A stretch of 64,000 nt of DNA, from the NCBI RefSeq assembly GCF_006345805.1, contig NC_042998.1, forward strand, positions 153,884,001-153,948,000. Direction: 5' to 3'. The translations under genes and the position numbers were made by a program. How positions within the stretch are numbered: the stretch's first letter is position 1; each line of letters opens with the position of its first letter. Source of the DNA: Octopus sinensis. Taxonomy: Eukaryota. Shown here in pieces: positions 12,200 through 24,052 of this stretch. Under the pieces are notes generated by a model. That model ran no database searches. It was given only the letters and a program-made list of their open reading frames with translations, and was not told the origin of the DNA.

Positions 12200-12711
12200 T
12201 TATATCTATATATATAAAACTCTAGTTGTGTGAGTGTCTGTCCCCTTCGATTTAGATTCCTAACTCCTCCCACATTTTGCGGTGCAGTTTAACCAAATTC
12301 GGGTATCTTATAGTCGTGATTCATATCGAGCCCGTCTGACTATTAGCGCGCGTCAACGATGAGTCTACGATTTTAAAAATATTTAACATCATTTTTTATT
12401 CCATTTTAATGCATAAAATGCATCGTGTGTCGATGGCGGCGGAGTTGGCGTCCACGCTCACAGCTGCACCTGTTTGCTTCTCCCCCTTCCCTCCCTCGTG
12501 AAGCTGTGGGGAAGGGAGTGTAAAGAAATCAACGTCGTAATGCGTTGTGAAGGAAACCAGCGTTCTTTTAGAACAACGACTTCATGGCTTGAAGACACCA
12601 AAACAAAAATGGCTAAGAAAGCCCGAATTTATAAGGGAAGTAACTCTCTAAAAATGCTTATATAGTTATTTACCTTACAAACCCGAGCAACGCCGGGCGA
12701 TACTGCTAGTA
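12200..12711 (-). mobile_element. Helentron/HINE-like non-autonomous element
   Basis: Reverse complement begins TACTAGCAGTATCGCCCGGCGTTGCTCGGG. Homologous along its length to 63043-63440. Confidence 0.7.
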
Positions 12712-12869
12712 TATATATAAAGAGAAAGGCAGACTGATAGATACAACAGAGTGGGCAAACGAAAATATGAGACACACCTTTGAAAAATTTTCTGTCAAAT
12801 GAATCAACACCAGTGCTTTTTTTATTATATTTTGATAAGCATGGTATTTATTCTATTGGTCTCTTCTCA

Positions 12870-13031
12870 AACATATATACACACATACACATAAATATAT
12901 ATATACATACACATATATACACACAAACATACATATACATATATACACACACACATACATATACACACACATACATATATATATACACACACACATATAT
13001 ATATACATATATATACATATATATACATATG
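12870..13031. repeat. (TA/CA)n microsatellite
   Basis: Direct reading. Confidence 0.95.
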
Positions 13032-13590
13032 TGACTTGAGAGAAAAGTTGGACCTAAGAAGCATGACGTGGTGTGCAAGCGAGACAACTGTGCTGGTATG
13101 GTCACGTGGTGCGAATGGATGAGGATAGCTGTGTGAAAAAGTGTCACACCCTAGAGGTTGGGGGAATTTGTTGAAGAGGTGGACCCAGGAAGACCTGGAA
13201 TGAGGTGGTGAAGCATAACCTTCAAACATTAGGCCTCACCGAGGCAATGACACTAAAATCAGCTTGCGAAAACCTATTGAGGCAAGTGAAATCGAAATCA
13301 AATTCGATGATAGCGCCGCATGACTTGCACTCGTACTAGTTGAGAGCTAGGAGCACCAACTGAGTGTGTTCATTGTCAGGGCTGTTGACTGGCCTAAATG
13401 CCAGTGGCACGGAAAAAGAACCATTTGAGCGTAGTCGTTACCAGCGTCACCTTACTGGCACTTGTGCCAGTAGTACGTGAAAAACAACATTCGAGCGAGC
13501 GCGTTACCAGTGCCGCTGGACTGGATCCTGTAGAGATGACAGGTAAAAAGCACCATATGAGAGTGGCTGTTGCCACAACTGCCTGACTGT
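13032..13590 (+). mobile_element. 3' fragment of the RTE family (ORF end plus UTR)
   Basis: Homologous to 55510-56050 (LREKLDLRS...GRPRKTW), followed by UTR repeat units. Confidence 0.85.
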
Positions 13591-13606
13591 AGAAACTCTG
13601 CCAGAT

Positions 13607-15170
13607 AAGGACACGGGTTATGGTTTCACTTGTCTTGCCGGGTCTTCTCACACACAGCATATTTCCAAAGGTTTCAGTCACTAGTCATTGCCTCAGTGAG
13701 ACCTAATGTTCAAAGGTCGTGCTTCACTACCTCATCCCAGGTCTACCTCTTCCACAGGTTCCCTCAACCACTAGGGTGTGGCACTTTTTCACACAGCTAT
13801 CCTCATCCATTCTTGCCACATGACCATACCAATGCAGTCGTCTCTCTTGCACACCACAACTAATGCTTTTTAGGTCCAACTTTTCTCTCAAGGTACTTAC
13901 ACTCTGTCGAGTATGCACACTGACATTACACATCCATCGGTTCATACTGGCTTCATTCCTTGCGAGTTTACGCATGTCCTCAGCAGTTACAGCCCATGAT
14001 TCACTGCCATGTAGCATGGCTGTTCGTACACAAGCGTCATACAACCTACATTTTACTGAGCGAGAGGCCATTTGTCACCAGCAGAGGTAAGAGCTCTCTG
14101 AATAGCCCAAGCTATTCTTATTCTAGCAGTTACACTTTCAATGCACCCTCCTCCACTACTGACTTTGTCACCTAGGTAACGGAAGCTATCAACTACTTCT
14201 AGTTTTTCTCCTTGGAATGTGGCAGAAGTTGGTCTCTGTGCATTTTCAGTGTTTATTGCTCCCGAGCATCTGCCACATACAAAAACTATCTTCCCAGTAA
14301 GCCTTCCTTTGATATTACTGCACCTCTTATGTGTCCATAGCTTACACTGGGTACATCTTATAGAGTTTCTACCTACGCCTCTACAACAGATTGGGCAGGG
14401 CCATCTACCTGAGGGGATTTGTGGTTTGCCTGCCTTCCTACTTATTAGGACTTTGGATTTAGCTAGGTTGATTCTAAGGCCCTTCAATTCTAATCCTCGT
14501 TTCCACACTTGAAACTTCTCCTCTAGTTCTGATAGTGACTCAGCAATTAGAGCAAGGCCATCAGCTCCCAGGTGCATCCTGTCTTGAATTCCTCTATTAT
14601 TGCCTGGAAGACTGAACCTTGGTGGACCCCTACCTCTACCCGGAATTCTTCACTGTACGCAGTGCCAACCCTCACCTTACTTACAGCGTACCTGTACATG
14701 GCTTGCACAGCTCTCACTAACCATTCATCTATCCCTAGTTTCCTCATTGACCACCAGATAAGGGGACCCTGGCAAAGGCTTCCTCCATGTTAACGAAAGC
14801 CGGGTACAGGGGCTTATCTTTGGCTATGTATTTCTCCTGCAGCTGTCTTACCAGAAATATGGCATCAATGGTGCTTTTCCCTGGCACGAAACCAAACTGC
14901 ATCTCATCCAAGCTGACTCTCTCCCTACATTACTTCTCCAAAACCTACATTACCTGATCCAACAGCTTGATACTCCTGTAATTATTTGTATCTAAAGCGT
15001 CACTTTTACCACTGTAGCAGTTGACTATTATGCAGTAATTCCTGATGGGCCGGGGGCTTTCCCTGTCTTCATACTTCTAATTGCTTTATCTACCAAGATA
15101 CTGTCAACTTGGATAGCTGGTCCCTCTGTTGGGGCGATATCTGGCAGGCTCTCTTTCTCACATTCATTTC
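13607..15170 (-). mobile_element. RTE fragment (RT, PHD-like finger and C-terminus), tail-to-tail with the previous fragment
   Basis: Minus ORFs 13727..14071, 14053..14577 and 14547..14747 match the 54212..55783 protein. Confidence 0.92.
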
Positions 15171-15230
15171 ATTTATTCAGCAATACATATGTATATACAT
15201 ATATATATGCATATACATACATATATATGT

Positions 15231-15410
15231 CATCATCATCATCATCATTTAACGTCCATTTTCCGCACTAGCACAGGTTAGATGGTTCGACCGGGGTCTG
15301 GGAAGCCAGGGGCTGCACCAGGCTCCAGTCTGATCTGGCAGTGTTTCTACAGCTGGATGCCCTTCCTAACGCCAACCACTCCGCGAGTGTAGTGGGTGCT
15401 TTTTATGTAT
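15231..15410 (-). mobile_element. RTE 3' end (GAT-tailed)
   Basis: Same terminal sequence as 56090-56262. Confidence 0.88.
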
Positions 15411-16139
15411 ATACATATATATGTATAACAAAGTGAAGTTGTAGGGTACCGTACGAGTGGAATTATATACGAAAGAAGGTTTGAAAATGCAATTTGAAAA
15501 GATGTTTATTTACTTTAACAGTTTCACTCTTTGGAAAAAGATTGTCAAAAGTAACATGTAGAAGTTTGGTTGCATTAATTATTGGTTGTTACAAAATGCT
15601 ACATTACATATATACAGTCTTTGGTAACAAGGACATGTTAAGGACATAAAAAAGTTTAATAAGTTCCTTAAAATATTGGGCACAAAAGATTACAACATAA
15701 ATATACATTCTCAAGAACATGTTAAAGATAGTTTCCAGAAGGAATTATTAAAAAGTTCAGTGGGATATTGGTATTGTATCTGCATATTCAAACACGCACA
15801 GAATATTGGTTGACACAGAGTACTACAATACATATATATACATTCTTTCGTGACAAGAGCATGTTCAGGACATAAAAAAGTTTAACAAGTTCATTGAAAT
15901 ATTGGGCACAAAAGATTACAACAAATATATACATATATGTATATATATACATATATGTAAATATACTTATATATGCATATGTATATACGTATATATATGT
16001 ATATACATATGTATATATACTTATATATACATATGTATATACGTATATATATATGTATATATACATACATACATGTATATATATATGTATATACATACAC
16101 GTATATATATATGTATATACATATATATGTATATACATA

Positions 16140-16225
16140 CATGAACACCACCCTGTACTTAACTCCATGTCCCCCTACATGGCCTTACTATTTGCTTTTG
16201 AGCCAAATTAACTAACTAACTAACT
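16140..16225 (+). mobile_element. Very short 3' end of the CR1 family found at 19188-22560, with a (TAAC)n tail
   Basis: CATGAACACCACCCTGTACTTAACTCCATGTCCCCCTACATGGCCTT matches the reverse complement of about 19220-19270. Confidence 0.75.
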
Positions 16226-16436
16226 ACATATACATATATACAAACATATATATATACATACATATATATACAAACATATACATACATACATATTTATACA
16301 TACATATTTATACATACATATATATACAAATATATATATATACATATATATACAAATATATATATATATATATATATATACATATTGATAAAACGGTAAG
16401 ATAACAAAAGAAAGAAAGAGACCTCAAAATAGGAAG

Positions 16437-17066
16437 GTGGCCTTCAATATAGGTAAATATTTCCTAGCACTGATAGATAGACATTTTCCAGTTAACCATA
16501 CTTATAGGAAACTCTTCAATAGACACAATTTAAAAATTAGTTTTAGTTCAACTACCAATTTTAAAAACATAATCAAACATAACATACAAAAAACACAAGA
16601 AAACAGCTGTTCATGCAGGAATAAAGAATTGTGCCCGCTAAATGGAGCTTGCATGTCCAAGACCATCATATATGAAGCTACCGTAAACTCTATAACCACT
16701 AAAGACACCGTTTCGACGAATAAATACGTGGGCCTTACAGAGGGTAATTTCAAGGCCAGGTTCAATAACCACACTTTGAGCTTTAGGCACTGGAACAAAA
16801 GAAAAGCGACACAATTATCTAATCATATTTGGTCTTTAAGAGATAAAGGTGTCGATTATAACATACAATGGAAGATTTTGGCCAGATGTAAGCCCTATAC
16901 CAACGGCAGCGGAAGGTGCGGTCTATGCGACATGGAGAGATGGCTTATCTGGAAAAGCAGCTTAGACCCTACTACATGTCTAAATACAAGGACAGAGCTT
17001 TTCGGATCATGCTCACATGTGACTAAATTTCTGTTACGTTTTTGGTCCCCTAAAGAAAACAGATAG
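16437..17066 (+). pseudogene. Open C-terminal GIY-YIG domain of a 5'-truncated Penelope-like element
   Basis: KLFNRHNLKISFS...CSCRNKELCPLNGACMSKTIIYEA...KYVGLTEGNFKARFNNH...CGLCDMERWLI. No RT domain upstream within this copy. Confidence 0.85.
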
Positions 17067-17248
17067 AACATGCTTTCTATGTTATGTCCCAAGAAGAATT
17101 TATATATTTTTATATATTTTTTATGTATTTTTATATAATTTTTATGACGAAAAATGCGAGCGATATCTAAGTACGCAGGCAAGCAGAGTTATAACACAGT
17201 AATTTCCCTTTATTTAACGGTATTTTTTCATAGCGCTTTCAAATAGCC

Positions 17249-17311
17249 AGATAACCGAAGAGATGGTGTTGTGGATTTCCACTTCGGCATCAGAAACTCA
17301 GAGTTTTATCT
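17249..17311 (+). ncRNA. Minimal type I hammerhead ribozyme-like fold with core CCGAAGA
   Basis: agataa-CCGAAGA-gatg...catc-a-GAAA-ctc-a-gag-TT-ttatct. Stem I is 6 bp, stem III is palindromic, the cleavage triplet is GUU. Lies 180 bp after the GIY-YIG ORF. Confidence 0.65.
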
Positions 17312-17511
17312 TGACTACCGAGTAATGTAACATATTATTGTATATATATATGTATACATATATATATATATACATATACATATATACACATACATATATA
17401 TATACATATATATACACATACATATATAAATATATATACATATATATACACATATATATATATATATACACATATATATATATATATATATACACATATA
17501 TATACATATAT

Positions 17512-17804
17512 ACATCAAAATATAGGAACAGCCATAATAGCCTGTTCAACCTACTAGAAATAGTAGCCAAGGCTTAAACCGCAAACAAGTATTAATTCCA
17601 AAAACCAGGAGAAAATTTTAAAAAAACATTTACCCTGATATACTTTATACGATGCATCGTTTCATCTGTTTTTTAATGGTAAATCAGCCCGATTTTTAAA
17701 ATTTTCTCCTGGTTTTTGGAATGAATACTTGTTTGCGGTTTAAGCCTTGGCTGCTATTTCTAGTAGGTTGAACAGCCTATTATGGCTGTTCCTATATTTT
17801 GATG
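17512..17804. repeat. Inverted repeat (arms about 112 bp, spacer about 68 bp), MITE- or fold-back-like
   Basis: 17512-17623 is the reverse complement of 17692-17804 with a few mismatches. Confidence 0.88.
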
Positions 17805-18002
17805 TTGAATGTATTAATAGTCTCTGACTATCTATTTTTCCTACTAGACCGCTGGTGGCAAATAATTTCTGCTGAATTTTTTTGCTACCCTATATTGTAT
17901 ACATATATACATATACATATATATATACATATACATACATATATACATATATATATATAAATATATATATATATACACACACATATATTTTATTTATTTT
18001 AT

Positions 18003-18133
18003 CTAGTTTCAGCTCATGAGCTGTGGCCATGCTGGGGCACCGCCATTCGGTGCTGCTACATGATTTTACTTCACGAATGCTTTTTAGCAATTGACATTTG
18101 GTGCATGAGAGAATTTGATGCAGCTGCCCTCAT
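18003..18133 (-). mobile_element. 3' end of the CR1-group LINE
   Basis: CTAGTTTCAGCTCATGAGCTGTGGCCATGCTGGGGCACCGCC, same as 24078 onward. Confidence 0.88.
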
Positions 18134-18170
18134 ATATATATATATGCACACAAATATACACATTAATATG

Positions 18171-18224
<54 letters not shown>

Positions 18225-18239
18225 GTAGTAGTAACAGAA

Positions 18240-18940
18240 AAGAGGAATTTCGGCTGTCCCCACATGGTGGATTTCATCACAATTAAAACTAGTTTCACCT
18301 GTGCCTCTGAGAACCTAATTTATGTAATAACCTGCTCGGGTTGCAGTCATCAGTACATTGGACAAACGAGTTTAACTTTGAGGAAGAGAATCACTCTGCA
18401 TAAGGAGCAAATCTGTTTCCCGCAATACAGACAAATTCCTCTTAGTGAACACATAGAAAATGTGCAGGTAACATCAAACCAAATTTTACAGTCTTCCCTT
18501 CCTACCAGTGCAAAGACACAATCTCTCAACTAGAACGCTTAAATAAAGAAACTTTTTTCATTGAAAAATACAAAACGCATCTTAATATGCACGCATAACC
18601 AACTTTTATATTTTTACATATTACATCACTGTACATAAATCCCCTACTAAACAAGGTCCCCTTTTTTTAAACCTGTCTCCTTTCTGTACACATATTTATT
18701 CCCCACCCAAAACCTAAACAGTTTTCTCCCTTACACACAACAATAACAGTAATAACAACCAATTATCTCCCTTTACTTGTCAACTTGTAAAATCATTCGC
18801 TCGTGAATTTCATTACAAACAACATGGACCAAATTTTTTCTTATGAAAAAATATATATTCATATAAATTAAACATTATATCATGAATAGCGATTGCGAAA
18901 CCAGTCGATATATAAAAATTATATTATAACCACGTAAGTG
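18240..18940 (+). mobile_element. Penelope-like 3' fragment (GIY-YIG with a 1-nt frameshift, plus UTR)
   Basis: FTCASENLIYVITCSGCSHQYIGQTSLTLRKRITLH. A shifted frame continues CAGNIKPNFTVFP...KETFFIEKYKTHLN. Confidence 0.82.
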
Positions 18941-19088
18941 TGCGTATTTTCCTTTTTTAATTTCTTATATATTATATATATATAGTATATATATATATAT
19001 ATATATTTTATATATATATTATATTATATATATATATATATATTTATATATATTTTATATATATATATTATTATATATATATTTTATA

Positions 19089-19130
<42 letters not shown>

Positions 19131-19187
19131 ATATATATTATATACACATAATACATATTATGTATATATATATATACATATTAATAT

Positions 19188-22100
19188 AGTTAAGTTTAAT
19201 TTTTTGGGTCAAAAACCAAGGCCATGTAGGGAGGGGGACATGGAGTTATGTACAGGGAGGGTGTTCATGCAAAGAGTTCAGGCCATTTCTGGTCAAGAGA
19301 GACTTTGAACCGAGCGGTCGTCCGCATCTTCACTATCTCGTCCGGCAGCTTATTCCACGGATCCGCAACCCAGAGGGAGTAAGCCCCTCTCCTTCGATTG
19401 AGATGAAATCGTCGCAGATAGAGCTTTTCAGAGTGACCCTGCAGCCGACACTCTGGAGCAAAAGTGAGAGAGGTTACACTTTCTGCTTATGATGTTGTTA
19501 GCAAGAATGAGATCACCACGGCGGCGGCGTTTTTCTAGAGAATAAAGGTCGAGCGTCTTCAGCCTTTCTTCATAGACAAATGCTTGAGACCAAGAACCAT
19601 GCGGGTAGCCAGCTTCTGGACTCTTTCGAGATGATGAATGTCTTTGAGGAGATAAGGAGAAGAGGCTTGTATGCCGTACTCCAATATGGGTCTCACCAGC
19701 GTGACATAGAGCGGTAGGAATATGGCTGCTGTGAGCATTCCAAATGACCGTCGAATCAAAAACAGAACTCCGCGTGCTTTGTTGGCAGCATGGATGCACT
19801 GGGCCGAAGGCGAAAAGGAAGAATCCACCAAGATACCCAGGTCCTTTACCTGGTCGGTCCTCTCCAGCAGCAGACGACTCGGCTCGAAATCAAGTTGAGT
19901 TACAGGAGAAGAGCCAACAGGCAGATGACAGCACTTTGACACGTTCAGACACAGGTCCCATTCGTTAGACCATCTCCAAACTTGGTGGAGGCATCGACGA
20001 AGATCATCTATATCACCGCGAGGAGCGACCAGTTTACATCATCGGCAAATAGAAGGGGTGTTGCGTTGAGGGTCGGGGGCAAGTCATTTATGAAGACTAA
20101 AAACAATAAGGGCCCAAGCACTGAACCTTGAGGCACGCCACTGCTCGCACTGGAGACGTCAGACAGCGAACCATTAACTTGGACTTGGAAGGAGTGATCT
20201 GAGAGGAAGGCACCAATCCATCGTACAATATCCGGATGGAAACTATATGCTTGAAGCTTGACAAGTAATAAGCAGTGGTTAACCGTGTCAAAAGCTTTGG
20301 CAAAGTCCAATAAAACAATGTCAACAGCATCACCATCATCCAGGATACGCGTCACCAATTCTTCCATTACCAGTAAGTTGGTCAAGCATGATCTCTTCGG
20401 CATGAAGCCGTGTTGGGAATCAGAGATAGAGGCTGTGTTTTGGAGGTGGAGCAACATACTTTTCTTAAGGATGGTTTCAAACATCTTGCTCATTATTGAA
20501 GTAAGGGAAACCGGCCGGTAGTTAAGCAGGTCTTCGCGGCTCCCTTTCTTGAAAATTGGGAAGATTATCGCTGTTCTCCAGTCCGCAGGTATAACACCCA
20601 TCGCCAATGACATATTGAATAGAAGTGTTAAAGGTTCGCAGATGACCGGAGCCAACGCTTTGATAACCTGTGGGTGTATGCCGTCAGGGCCGTGACCCTT
20701 GTTGACATTGAGGCCTTGAATAACACGTTCGACTTCGTCCCGAGTGATGACTAATCTAGGCATTGGAGGTACCAATCTATCAAATGGAAGGGATTCACGA
20801 CCATCATCTTGTTTGTAAATTGTTGAAAAAGCCTCGGCAAATAATTGACTCTGCTGATAAGGGTCCTCAATCAATATGCCTGTTGAGTCTACCAACGTTG
20901 CAATTTTGTTGTTCAAGCGGGAAATCCGTTGGACACGGGCAAAGAAGGTTTTTGGATTATGACTGGCGTTTGCCGCGATTCTGTATTCATATCTGAAGCA
21001 TTTATCCTTTTCTATTTTCACGGCTCGGTCTCGTTGAGTTTTGTACACCTCAAAAGCTGCAGTCGAATCTAGATGAAAAATGTTTCTTTATTTAAGCGTT
21101 CTAGTTGAGAGATTGTGTCTTTGCACTGGTAGAAAGGGAAGACTGTAAAATTTGGTTTGATGTTACCTGCACATTTTCTATGTGTTCACTGAGAGGAATT
21201 TGTCTGTATTGCGGGAAACGGATTTGCTCCTTATGCAGAGTGATTCTCTTCCTCAAAGTTAAACTCGCTTGTCCAATGTACTGATGACTGCAAACCGAGC
21301 AGGTTATTACATAAATTAGGTTCTCAGAGGCACAGGTGAAACTAGTTTTAATTGTGAACGAGTTTAACTTTGAGGAATATCTCTGAGTCGAAGTTCTTGT
21401 TTAAACCTTCTTCGTCACCCAGAGCTTGTGCTTCTTCTTCCTGGGAAGCCCAACGGGAACTGCTTGGTCAGTCAACCAGATTACATATGCTTTGAGGGAC
21501 GACCATAGTTCATCAACTGAGGACATCCTCATCAGGGATCGCCAGTCCAGAAGCGCGGAAGCCTCGGTTAGAATTTCAAGATTGATTGCAGAGAAGACTC
21601 TACATGGCAGCGAAGTAGTCGTGGGCGTAGAAAAAGTTGTGTGCATGTCGAACTTCAGGACCACATGATCAGTCTTGGCAAGAGGGGCGCATACAGATAA
21701 GCCTGACACTGATCTTGGATAGTGGGAGAATACCAGATCCAGCATAGATGGCTGCTGCCCAGACCGATGCCTTGTCGGATATTCAACATGTTGCGATAGA
21801 AAACAATCTTCAGCTACGTCAAGAAGGGCCTGGCCAAACCGGGAAGATGATGTACAAATTGATGCGGGCCAGTCAATCATGGGAGCGTTGAAGTCTCCTA
21901 ATATCAAACAGTCATAAGAAGCTGAAACGAATCTGGGGGTCGGCAAGAGGCGGCCTGTAGACAGCTAACACGGGCAGGCAAAACCTGGATAAGCTCAGCT
22001 TGCAATAGACGGCATCGAATTTTGTTGTAGGTTGAGCATTAGTGGGTAGAATACCGCTGGACAGTTTGAGATCAGATTTAACATACACAGCAACACATCC

Positions 22101-22557
22101 ACCTCGCCTTTTTTCTCTGTCACATCTGAAGAGGGCGTAGCCCTGTAGGTGGATTTCCAAGTCCTGTACTGCTGGAGTCAGCCAAGTCTCGGTGATAGCT
22201 ATCACATCTGGGGAATCACACATGGCCAGTGTAAATAATTCACTGAACTTTGGAAATAAGGAACACAAGTTGGTATAGACGATGCTGAGCTGTGAAGTTT
22301 GAGGGGCAGGAATTAGGGAACAAGCAGAATAAGGGGTATCAGAGATAGCCTCGTTGTCGGGGGTATCTACTTTACTTCGATTCGCCCTCGATTCACTTTC
22401 CCTGGCAGCACTACAGCATGTGACCAGAGGTAGGACTTGATTATTTGTCCACCTTGGATGCATAAACCCTTCTCTCCCATCTGTTTTCTCTTCTTCAGTT
22501 CGGATATTAGGTTTCTCCGGCGAATTCTCTCTCTCAGTGAGTATTCCTCGCGAAAAC

Positions 22558-22560
<3 letters not shown>
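19188..22560 (-). mobile_element. CR1-clade LINE (second family): ORF1 C-terminus plus APE-RT, decayed
   Basis: YTNLCSL, IAITETWL, GGCVAVYV, GDFNAP, LDLVFS, DH, NYRPVSLTS, QHGF, LDFAKAFDTV, GVPQGSVLGP, FADD, LEYGIQASSPY. Confidence 0.93.
21073..21377 (-). mobile_element. Inverted near-identical copy of the Penelope fragment 18277-18561, inserted in CR1 ORF2
   Basis: Reverse-complement match along about 285 bp, plus a 21-nt re-inverted patch at 21357-21377. Confidence 0.9.
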
Positions 22561-22596
<36 letters not shown>

Positions 22597-22772
22597 TAAA
22601 ATTAACAGTTATCACCAAGCTAATTATGGCAGTCCATAAATATAAGACTAAAGCTGCCGTTCATTAGCTCCAAGAGGCCATCGCCTCTAGCTAGCTATAT
22701 GACACACGAACCTGTGTCCATTATAACTTTCGAACAGGGGAGGTCAGCCGCTTCCCCTTGCTGGTCAGATAT

Positions 22773-22813
22773 CTGCAGACATGTTTCAGAGTATTTGCCC
22801 TTTATCAATGCAG
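22773..22813 (-). ncRNA. Minimal hammerhead-like fold with a U3-A8 core (UUGAUAA)
   Basis: Minus strand reads ctgca-TTGATAA-aggg-caaata-ctct-GAAA-catg-TC-tgcag. Cleavage triplet GUC. Confidence 0.65.
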
Positions 22814-23031
22814 AGTAGCCAGACCCAGCAGGTGTCGCTGCCGACCGTCTGTTCGAAGGATTATTTACCTAATTTCAGTGGAATACATGCACTAGTTTTC
22901 AAAAATAGAAACATTAGTGTCTCTAAAGGACACTACGGCAGTGGTACTGGAATTTAACAGTTATCGCCACTGAAATTAGGTAAATAATCCTTCGAACAGA
23001 TGGTCAGCAGCGATGCCTGCTGGGTCTGGCT

Positions 23032-23075
23032 ATCTGCATTGATAAGGGCAAATACCCTGAAACATGTCTGCAGAT
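23032..23075 (+). ncRNA. Second copy of the UUGAUAA hammerhead-like fold
   Basis: atctgca-TTGATAA-gggcaaataccct-GAAA-catg-TC-tgcagat. 7-bp stem I; one A fewer at the core/stem II junction. Confidence 0.55.
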
Positions 23076-23339
23076 GTCTGACCAGCAAGGGGAAGCGGCT
23101 GACCTCCCCTGTTCAAAGGTTATAATGTACACAGGTTCGTGTGTCATATAGCTAGCTAGAGGCGATGGCCTCTTGGAGCTAATGAACGGCAGCTTTAGTC
23201 TTATATTTATGGACTGCCATAATTAGCTTGGTGATAACTGTTAATTTTCAGTACCGCTGCCGACATATACATATATATGTATATCTATACATACATATAT
23301 ATATATATATACATACATTTATATATATATACATACATA

Positions 23340-23600
23340 TATTTATATATATAAAGTTAATCCAAACAAGAAAACACAGAAAAAAAGAGGAAAAAAACAC
23401 AGCAACGCAGGACGTGGAACAATTAAAGTATTATTGACGCTCAGGAAAGAAGGGAAGGAGGGTTTAACGTTTCGAGCAAAGCTCTTCGTTTCGTCGGAAA
23501 CAGGAGAGGGAAAGATCCCAAGAAGGGAAGACAGAGGAAAAAATATTTGAGCTGGTGGTGCTCAAGAGATCACATGTTGAAAGAACAGAAGTTGAGAGGT
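23340..23600 (-). mobile_element. Penelope-type terminal repeat with a CCGACGA hammerhead-like motif
   Basis: Minus strand gttt-CCGACGA-[aacga]-a-gagc-ttt-gctc-GAAA-cg-TT-aaac at 23462-23501. Confidence 0.6.
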
Positions 23601-23645
23601 AGTCGAACATACATATATTATTAGATATATATATATATATATAAT

Positions 23646-23682
<37 letters not shown>

Positions 23683-23841
23683 GTCAGTCCAACCCATGCT
23701 AGCATGGAGAACGGACGTTAAACGATGATGATGATGATGATGATATATACATATATATATATATACATATATATATACATATATATAGATACATATACAT
23801 ATATATATACATATATAGGATACATATACATAAATATATAC

Positions 23842-23875
<34 letters not shown>

Positions 23876-23974
23876 ATATACATATATATATACATATATA
23901 TAGATTATATATATATATATATATATACATATATATATACATATATATATATATATACATATTATATATATTAC

Positions 23975-24007
<33 letters not shown>

Positions 24008-24052
24008 CATATATAATATAGACATATATATATATATATACATATATATATA
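23600..24052. repeat. (TA)n-rich microsatellite containing a 60-bp RTE tail (23683-23743, +)
   Basis: Direct reading. Confidence 0.9.

Larger units (their letters stand above)
22598..23262. repeat. Head-to-head inverted pair (arms about 283 bp) of a hammerhead-bearing, Penelope-LTR-like unit
   Basis: 22598-22881 is the reverse complement of 22967-23248. An extra inverted repeat of about 30 bp occurs at 22936-22969 and 23229-23262. Confidence 0.9.

Noticed and set aside
18877-18911. Hammerhead-like motif atatc-ATGA-a...GAAA-ccag-TC-gatat at a Penelope end
   Set aside because: The first three core bases are missing. Kept only as a decayed remnant.
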